DNA from: a virus | DNA: 64,000 nucleotides | Virus record (IMG/VR): IMGVR_UViG_3300025646_000031 | Coordinates: 6,462-70,461 of that record | Strand: one strand, 5' to 3' | In this document: one piece after another, positions 57,466 through 64,000 of the stretch | Numbering within the stretch: the first letter of the stretch is position 1 | Layout of the letters: each line of letters starts with the position of its first letter | The notes under the pieces: generated by a model | Told to the model about the DNA's origin: nothing | Seen by the model: only the letters and a program-made list of their open reading frames with translations | Database searches by the model: none | Program-made: the position numbers and the translations under genes

Positions 57466-59796
57466 ATGAATGAGAATCTAAGAACACAAAAAGACAATCT
57501 TGCCAAATTAATGGCAACTGAAAATTTAACAATCGTGCATAGGAAAGTTCCTACTGCATACTTTGATATTAAGAATAGGGTACTTTGTTGTCCAATCCTC
57601 AAAGATGACCTTTCTCCTTATCTCTATGACTTATTCATGGGTCATGAGGTTGGACACGCCCTACACACTCCATTAGAAGGACTTCACTCCACTATTAAAG
57701 AAAACAGAACACTTAAAGGTTATCTTAATGTTATAGAAGATGTTAGAATTGAAAGAAAGATTAGAGACAAATTTTCAGGTCTTAGAAAGTCTTTCTTTAA
57801 GGCATACAATGAACTTATGGATATTGACTTCTTTGGAATTAAAAACAGAAACATACAAGAACTGTCTCTTATCGATAAGATTAACCTGATCACAAAAGTT
57901 GGTTCTAGAGTTAACATCAAATTAACAGACGAAGAACAAGTCTTCTTAGATAAGGCACTTGCTGTTGATACATGGGAAGATGTAGTATCAGTTGCACAAG
58001 AAATTTATGAGTGGTCAAAAGAGAATGAGACCAGAGACGAAAATGATGAATCAATCAAAACTTTGATGGACAATTTAGAGATCGAAGAAGATGATGAAGT
58101 TGATCTAGGTGAAGAAGATTATCCTTTTGAACCATACACTGGTGAAGAAGATGAAGATTACGAAGATGATGAAGATGTAGAAGACTACTTTAACGATCCT
58201 GATGATACTCTTCCAGATTTAGATGAAGAATTAAAAGAAACTGGTTCAATTCAAAACGATAGAAGTGGCGGTAAATATGACGATAAAGATGGCGCTAGAG
58301 AGTCATTAACAGAACATAATGCTCATAACAATGAAGATATGTTCCAATCAGAAGACAATCACATTAGAGTTCAAAAAGATTTAAAAGAATTTTTCAACTC
58401 AGACTTCATGAAAAATAATGAATTTGTTGTCTCATATAAAACTCTTTTAAAAGACCTTGATGAGTGGTTTGCGGAAAAAGAAAACAGAACTTACAATTCC
58501 TCTTACGACATGAAAGACATTCAGAGATTAGCGCTTGTTACTGCCAAAAAATTAGAAAACAGAAACAAAAAGTTAGTCATGCATATGGCAAAAGAATTTG
58601 AAATGAGACAGACTGCCTTGAGAAGTGTCAAGGCACTTACTGGTAAAACTGGTCAACTTGATATGAATAGACTTGCCAAGTATCAGATTGTTGATGATGT
58701 ATTTAAAAGGGTTACTTATCTTCCAGATGGTAAGAATCATGGTGTCAATGTTTTAGTTGATTGGTCTGGTTCAATATCAAGGGAAGTTTGTGATCTCTTA
58801 GAACAAGCTATCATTCTTACAATGTTCTGTAGAAAAACAAATATACCACACAGAGTTTATCTTTTCTCAGATCAGTATTTAAAAGGTTTTGATGATTATT
58901 CGGGAAGAGGTTTAGAGTGTTTAGTAGAATTGTTCTCAGATAAACAATCAAACAAAGACTTCTACAGTGTGTTAAAACTTGTTTCTCATATCTGGAACAA
59001 TTTTAGATTCGACAATGCTTCTTGGAGAGGCATTGATAAATTCTTAGATCAATGGAAAACTTGGTACAACGAAGACTTCAAAGGTTATACAGACGATAGA
59101 TGGTTACAAATTCCATTTAATTATACTTTGCCTAATAGTTTAAGTCTTGGTGGTACACCTCTTAACGGCGCTTTGATCTACATGAGAAAACTTCTTCCAG
59201 AGTTCAACAAAAACTACAGCATTGAGAAGTCAATTTTGACAGTGATTACTGATGGTGAAAGTCATGAATCTCCAATACTGAAAAATACAGACGAAGAAAC
59301 TAAACAAATTAACGAACAAATAGATCCAAATGATCAGTATTCTTATAGAACTAGACAGAAAAGCGAACTTATTGATCCATATAACAGAAGAGTTTATCTA
59401 GTATCTAGTAATGGGTATTACAATTTTGCAAGAACACAAAACCTATTAGAGTGGGTTTCTGACTCATGTAATACAATCAATACAGGTTATTTCATAATTA
59501 GTAAAAAAAATGAAGCAATAGACATACTAGAAAAATCAGGTGTGCCTGGTGGTTATAGAACTCATGAGAACGATTGGACAGATATTAGAAAGTTTGGTAA
59601 AGTTTACTCAGTCAAGGGTTACAACAAACTGTTTATCACTACTTCAAATAATTTATCAGTGCAAGGTGATGACGAACTGGACAACGATCTAATTGATGCC
59701 ACAAAGGCAAAAATAAGAGGCGCTTTTCTGAAAAATCAGAGAGGCAAAGTAACTTCAAGATTTTTAACTAATGAGTTTATTAAGGAGATAGCATAA
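57466..59796 (+). CDS. CobT-like protein: HExxH metallopeptidase-like domain, acidic linker, vWA domain
   Basis: GHEVGHAL, NV.ED.RIE, MIDAS DWSGS, GGTPL and ITDGE motifs. Confidence 0.85.
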   Translation: MNENLRTQKDNLAKLMATENLTIVHRKVPTAYFDIKNRVLCCPILKDDLSPYLYDLFMGHEVGHALHTPLEGLHSTIKENRTLKGYLNVIEDVRIERKIRDKFSGLRKSFFKAYNELMDIDFFGIKNRNIQELSLIDKINLITKVGSRVNIKLTDEEQVFLDKALAVDTWEDVVSVAQEIYEWSKENETRDENDESIKTLMDNLEIEEDDEVDLGEEDYPFEPYTGEEDEDYEDDEDVEDYFNDPDDTLPDLDEELKETGSIQNDRSGGKYDDKDGARESLTEHNAHNNEDMFQSEDNHIRVQKDLKEFFNSDFMKNNEFVVSYKTLLKDLDEWFAEKENRTYNSSYDMKDIQRLALVTAKKLENRNKKLVMHMAKEFEMRQTALRSVKALTGKTGQLDMNRLAKYQIVDDVFKRVTYLPDGKNHGVNVLVDWSGSISREVCDLLEQAIILTMFCRKTNIPHRVYLFSDQYLKGFDDYSGRGLECLVELFSDKQSNKDFYSVLKLVSHIWNNFRFDNASWRGIDKFLDQWKTWYNEDFKGYTDDRWLQIPFNYTLPNSLSLGGTPLNGALIYMRKLLPEFNKNYSIEKSILTVITDGESHESPILKNTDEETKQINEQIDPNDQYSYRTRQKSELIDPYNRRVYLVSSNGYYNFARTQNLLEWVSDSCNTINTGYFIISKKNEAIDILEKSGVPGGYRTHENDWTDIRKFGKVYSVKGYNKLFITTSNNLSVQGDDELDNDLIDATKAKIRGAFLKNQRGKVTSRFLTNEFIKEIA

Positions 59797-60068
59797 TGGA
59801 AACATTAAAAGTAGATATGGATTATCATTGGGGAGGACCAAATGAGTACAGTAAATTTGCAGATGCAATTGCTGAAATAGGTCCAAGTCCGTGTATGAAG
59901 TTCGATTGTGAAAGAAAAAAAGCATGTGCGGAAGAAGGAGTTGAATGCAAGGCATTCAGATTTTGGGTCAATAATGGTTCATTGTCAACGATAAGAAAGG
60001 TCAATGGCAAGAAAACCGAAGTATCCATTGAAGAGGATTGCACAAGAATTTTAAGAATTTGTGAATAA
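59796..60068 (+). CDS. Small Cys-rich hypothetical protein
   Basis: AGGAG SD; PC...C....C......C pattern. Confidence 0.65.
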   Translation: METLKVDMDYHWGGPNEYSKFADAIAEIGPSPCMKFDCERKKACAEEGVECKAFRFWVNNGSLSTIRKVNGKKTEVSIEEDCTRILRICE

Positions 60069-60073
60069 AAAGG

Positions 60074-60103
60074 TTGACAGTAGGTACACTTTTTTGATAG
60101 GAT
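60074..60103 (+). promoter_or_regulatory. Early sigma70-type promoter
   Basis: TTGACA-18 nt-TAGGAT. Confidence 0.75.
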
Positions 60104-60144
60104 GGACACATGATGAGAAATAAGAAAAACAAAGGAGGCTGCTT

Positions 60145-61389
60145 ATGACTTTATCCGTAGGTGATACTGTGACCATTAATGGTCAGAATATCAAACTTCA
60201 AGCCAACAAGATTGAGTTCTTACAAGAACTATCTAAGGCATATCCAGACCAAACGGTCTTTTCAAAGGAAGAACTAGATAATTTTGGTTCTACTCCTTAT
60301 TGGGTTTACTCTAAAAAATATCCTTTTAGGGCAGACAAAGATGCAACCATTTTTGATTTAACGCCACTCATGTCTAGTGGTTATAAATCAGTGCCAGTTC
60401 CAAAGGCAAAGATGTCTGTTGTAATTCCTGCAAAAAAACCCTCAAATATGCCAGTCGCTGCTCAGACTGAAACACTTAATGTCTTAGAAGACAATGTTAA
60501 AATTGTTCCAGAAAAGATGTCTAACTATGTTCCATTTGGTCACTTCAAAGATGTAGAGAATATCATCAACTCTAAGATATTCTTTCCAGTTTTTGTAACT
60601 GGTCTTTCAGGCAATGGTAAGACACTTATGATCGAACAAGTATGTGCTAAGTTGAAGAGAGAACTCTATAGAGTTAATATCACTATTGAAACAGATGAAG
60701 ACGATCTAATGGGTGGTCATACTCTGGTCAATGGCAATATTGAGTTTAGAGAAGGTCCTGTTATCAAGGCAATGAGAAAAGGCGCTGTACTTCTCTTAGA
60801 CGAAGTTGATCTTGGTTCTAACAAACTTATGTGTCTACAGTCAGTTCTTGAAGGTAAAGGATATCTGATTAAGAAAACTGGTGAGTGGGTAACTCCTAAA
60901 GAAGGTTTCACTATTCTTGCTACTGCAAACACTAAAGGTCAAGGTTCAGAAGATGGTAAGTTCATTGGAACTCAGATCATGAACGAAGCGATGTTAGAAA
61001 GGTTTGCGATCACTATGCAACAAGAATATCCACCAGTCAACATTGAGAGAAAAATTCTCTCTAAAGAAATGGAGTTGACTGGCGATGTTGATTCAGATTT
61101 CGTTGAGAAACTTGTCGATTGGGCAGACATTATCAGAAAGACCTACTACGAGGGTGCGATTGATGATGTTATCACAACAAGAAGACTTGTTCACATTGTC
61201 AATGCATTCAGAATGTTTGGCGACAAACTTAAGTCTATTCAAATGTGTATCTCAAGGTTTGATGAAGAAACCAGAAATGCAGTTCTAGACCTCTATTCTA
61301 AAATAGATTCTGGAGTTGATCTGAATTCAGAAAACCCTGTTGACGAAAAATCTAATTCAGATTATAATGATCAAGATGAGTATATTTAA
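60145..61389 (+). CDS. cobS: CobS-like MoxR-family AAA+ ATPase
   Basis: GLSGNGKT, LLLDEVD, ATANTKGQG and NEA.LERF motifs; partner vWA gene upstream. Confidence 0.88.
   Translation: MTLSVGDTVTINGQNIKLQANKIEFLQELSKAYPDQTVFSKEELDNFGSTPYWVYSKKYPFRADKDATIFDLTPLMSSGYKSVPVPKAKMSVVIPAKKPSNMPVAAQTETLNVLEDNVKIVPEKMSNYVPFGHFKDVENIINSKIFFPVFVTGLSGNGKTLMIEQVCAKLKRELYRVNITIETDEDDLMGGHTLVNGNIEFREGPVIKAMRKGAVLLLDEVDLGSNKLMCLQSVLEGKGYLIKKTGEWVTPKEGFTILATANTKGQGSEDGKFIGTQIMNEAMLERFAITMQQEYPPVNIERKILSKEMELTGDVDSDFVEKLVDWADIIRKTYYEGAIDDVITTRRLVHIVNAFRMFGDKLKSIQMCISRFDEETRNAVLDLYSKIDSGVDLNSENPVDEKSNSDYNDQDEYI
61340..61368 (+). promoter_or_regulatory. Sigma70-type promoter inside the 3' end of cobS
   Basis: TTGACG-17 nt-TATAAT. 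Confidence 0.7.
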
Positions 61390-61669
61390 GAAAAAAATTG
61401 ATTACAAATATAATGAGGACAATCTCTTAAAAGAATTGGCCTCTTATATTGACCGAACTTATGATCAACATTACTCACTAAACAAATACCAGTCCACTGA
61501 ATTTATTATTGACAGTGGACATGGCGAGGGTTTTTGTATCGGCAATATTATGAAATATGCACAACGATACGGAAAGAAAGGTGGAAAGAATAGAGCAGAC
61601 TTACTAAAAGTTCTGCACTATGCTTTGTTTATGTTACATGTACACGATAAACAGGAGGCTGAAAAGTGA
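61376..61669 (+). CDS. DUF3310-like protein
   Basis: HY...Q..E.I...G.GFC.GN..KY..RYGKK.G...DL.K..HY pattern. Confidence 0.8.
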   Translation: MSIFKKKIDYKYNEDNLLKELASYIDRTYDQHYSLNKYQSTEFIIDSGHGEGFCIGNIMKYAQRYGKKGGKNRADLLKVLHYALFMLHVHDKQEAEK

Positions 61670-62334
61670 TGAAAATTAGTAACGACACACGGAATATCCT
61701 AAAGAACTTTTCTACTATCAATAGTGGAATCAAAGTGAAAGAGGGTAACAAGTTAGAGACAATCTCTAATATGAAAAATATACTTGCAGTTGCAACTGTA
61801 AGTGAAGACTTCCCAAAAGAGTTTTCAATCTATAATCTAAATGAATTCTTAGGTGCAACATCTTTGATGCAAGATCCAGAATTTCAATTTGGTGATGTAA
61901 GTTTGACTATTGCAGATAGCAATTCTGCTATGTCTTACTTCTATGCAAGTGATGGAATGGTAACTTCACCTGAGAAGATGGTAACAATGCCAGACTCAGA
62001 AGTCAAAATTGATATCTCATCACAACTGCTATCTGATCTAAATAAAGCAGCTAGTGTTCTAGGTGTAAACGATTTAGTCTTAGAAAGTGATGGTACTAAA
62101 ATGACACTCACCGTAAAAGATAAGAAGAATGCTACATCTAATACATTCTCTAGGATTGTAGGTGAAGGAAATGGTGTGAAGTTCACATTTAATTTCAAAA
62201 TTGAAAATCTAAAAATCTTAGATGGTAACTATGAAGTGTTTGTTTCTTCAAAAGGAATCTCAAACTTCAAAAACAAAGATGTAGATTTAGAGTATTTTAT
62301 TGCACTGGAACCAGATTCAAAATACAATGTGTAA
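61666..62334 (+). CDS. gp45: Sliding clamp gp45
   Basis: T..ILKNFSTIN, F.IY.LNEFL, FK.ENLK...G.Y.V and YFIALE motifs. Confidence 0.95.
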   Translation: MMKISNDTRNILKNFSTINSGIKVKEGNKLETISNMKNILAVATVSEDFPKEFSIYNLNEFLGATSLMQDPEFQFGDVSLTIADSNSAMSYFYASDGMVTSPEKMVTMPDSEVKIDISSQLLSDLNKAASVLGVNDLVLESDGTKMTLTVKDKKNATSNTFSRIVGEGNGVKFTFNFKIENLKILDGNYEVFVSSKGISNFKNKDVDLEYFIALEPDSKYNV

Positions 62335-62352
62335 CATATATATTAAGTGTGT

Positions 62353-62448
62353 GAGTAAAGTTCCAGTCTCTGCTCTACTCTCGGGAGTGACTCAATCTCA
62401 TCATCTTAGGGTGAGTCACACTCAGAACTCGGTGGGGAGTTCTGTCTT
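62353..62448 (+). promoter_or_regulatory. Structured leader before gp44
   Basis: Perfect 8-bp stems GTGACTCA/TGAGTCAC and CAGAACTC/GAGTTCTG; the second covers the GGAG SD. Confidence 0.55.
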
Positions 62449-63396
62449 ATGAAAAACGAATTTTTATTCGTAGAAAAGTATCGTCCTCAAACAATTGAGG
62501 ACACGATACTTCCTAAATCAATCAAAGACACTTTCAAAGAATTTGTAAAACAAAATGAGATTCCTAATCTCATGTTGTGTGGTTCTGCAGGTGTCGGTAA
62601 AACAACAATCGCAAAGGCACTTTGTAATGAGTTAGGTGCAGACTTCATTGTGATCAATGGTTCAGATGAAGGCAGACTTATAGATACACTCAGAACAAAG
62701 ATCAAAAACTTTGCATCAACTGTTTCTCTTAGTGGTGGTCCGAAAGTAGTTATACTTGACGAAGCAGATTACATATCTGCTGACTCAGTACAACCTGCTC
62801 TTCGAGGATTTATCGAAGAGTTTAGTTCTAACTGTAGATTTTTCTTTACTTGTAATTACAAGAACAGAATTATTGAACCTCTACATTCTCGAACAACCGT
62901 TATTGACTTTTCTCTAACACCTAAAGACAAACAATTACTTGCAGGACAGTTTCTTACAAGACTCATATACATCTGTAAAGAAGAGAACATTAAGTATGAT
63001 CATAAAGTTCTTGCAGAACTTATACTCAAGTTCTTTCCAGATTTTCGTAGGTGTTTAAATGAAGTTCAAAGATATGGTGTAAGTGGTGTAATTGATAGTG
63101 GTTTATTATCAACTCTATCAGAAGAAAAACTAACACCACTTATCGATATGATAAAAGATAAAAATTGGTCAGGTATGAGAAAGTGGGTTGCACAAAACTC
63201 AGACAATGATTTCAATACATTGTTTAGAAAAATATTTGATGCACTTGAGAGTAGATTAGAACCTTCAAGTATACCTGCTTGTGTTTTACTGATTGCAGAC
63301 TATCAACACAAGGCTGCATTCGCAATGGATTCTGAGATAAACTTTGTTGCTTGTTTGACAGAGATTATGTCTGAATGTAAATTTAAAGGAGACTGA
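62449..63396 (+). CDS. gp44: Clamp loader large subunit gp44
   Basis: VEKYRP, GSAGVGKTT, ILDEAD and PLHSR motifs. Confidence 0.95.
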   Translation: MKNEFLFVEKYRPQTIEDTILPKSIKDTFKEFVKQNEIPNLMLCGSAGVGKTTIAKALCNELGADFIVINGSDEGRLIDTLRTKIKNFASTVSLSGGPKVVILDEADYISADSVQPALRGFIEEFSSNCRFFFTCNYKNRIIEPLHSRTTVIDFSLTPKDKQLLAGQFLTRLIYICKEENIKYDHKVLAELILKFFPDFRRCLNEVQRYGVSGVIDSGLLSTLSEEKLTPLIDMIKDKNWSGMRKWVAQNSDNDFNTLFRKIFDALESRLEPSSIPACVLLIADYQHKAAFAMDSEINFVACLTEIMSECKFKGD

Positions 63397-63397
63397 T

Positions 63398-63697
63398 ATG
63401 GGACAATATGATGATAGAGTAAACAGACAACGACTTCTTTTAGAAGCAGAAAAGTGGGCAAAAGAAGTTGATGGTATACATGCACATTCAATCAGCAGTA
63501 TGTGGTACGATACAAGACCACAAGATACCGAAGATGGTAAAGGTGTTATTGATGTACAGTATAACAGTGGTCTCATCAAAAGAACTTGTGATGATGGTGC
63601 AGTCGTTTACTTTGGGGAAGAACTCAAAGGTGATGATCTTGTTGCAGAATATACAAGAAGAAAAGTACCGTCTGAAGCAATGAAAATAATTAGATAA
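63398..63697 (+). CDS. Hypothetical protein inserted between gp44 and gp62
   Basis: AGGAG SD; tightly coupled at both ends. Confidence 0.7.
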   Translation: MGQYDDRVNRQRLLLEAEKWAKEVDGIHAHSISSMWYDTRPQDTEDGKGVIDVQYNSGLIKRTCDDGAVVYFGEELKGDDLVAEYTRRKVPSEAMKIIR

Positions 63698-64000
63698 TGA
63701 CTAAACGAAATCCTTTTGATTTTGTAAAGTCAGTCTCTTATGACAAAAAAGATATCATGGTTGATGATATCGAAGAGAAATCATATCAACCATTTTTAAC
63801 TAACAAAGCATTATCTTATCACCAAGATTCAATCTTTTTCACAAATGAAATGAATGTTAGGCATAGTCTGGATAATCGTCTTCAATACTCTTTTTATCTA
63901 AATACCCTTAGAAAAAGGCAAAGATTTTCTACATGGAATAAACCATATATTAGTAAAAAACTTGATGCCATACGAGAGTATTATCAGATAAGCACCAGAG
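63697..64000 (+). CDS. gp62: Clamp loader small subunit gp62 (3'-truncated)
   Basis: MTKRNPFDFVKS...YQPFLTNKALS...NEMN...QY.FY.N.LRKR.RFS.W; open to the window end. Confidence 0.88.
   Translation, partial: MTKRNPFDFVKSVSYDKKDIMVDDIEEKSYQPFLTNKALSYHQDSIFFTNEMNVRHSLDNRLQYSFYLNTLRKRQRFSTWNKPYISKKLDAIREYYQISTR

Noticed and set aside
60145-61389. Cobalamin biosynthesis auxiliary pathway
   Set aside because: No CobN or other cob genes in the window; the cobS label reflects AAA family similarity only.
637-63579. All other minus-strand ORFs in the track
   Set aside because: They lie antisense to well-supported + strand genes and have no recognisable motifs.
1-64000. tRNA, rRNA, integrase, transposase or intron
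   Set aside because: None recognised by eye. Intergenic gaps are short and core genes look uninterrupted. A tRNA/Rfam scan was not run.

Overview
AT-rich segment of a large T4-like myophage, in the gene arrangement typical of marine T4-like phages. Essentially all real genes are on the + strand. Order: baseplate (gp25, gp6, gp7-like, gp8, VrlC-like giant protein); a ~13 kb accessory fibre region; a glycosyltransferase/2OG-Fe(II) oxygenase cluster; neck/tail/packaging/head genes (gp13-gp23); gp3, uvsY, uvsW, gp55, gp47/46, peptide deformylase, CobT-like vWA protein plus CobS-like AAA ATPase; and gp45/44/62. The standout observation is two gene pairs (17273/18642 and 26782/28047) encoding Pro/Tyr/Gln-rich repeat proteins. 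Within each pair, the series of repeat-unit lengths in one protein is the exact mirror image of the series in the other (20 of 20 and 26 of 26 units), and unit types are complementary (PYIANA-type opposite PFTY-type). This suggests sequence-coded antiparallel two-chain protein zippers attached to fibres. One zipper ends in a Hint domain and is followed by candidate modifying enzymes. All gene calls come from motif recognition and synteny by eye; no database searches were run.
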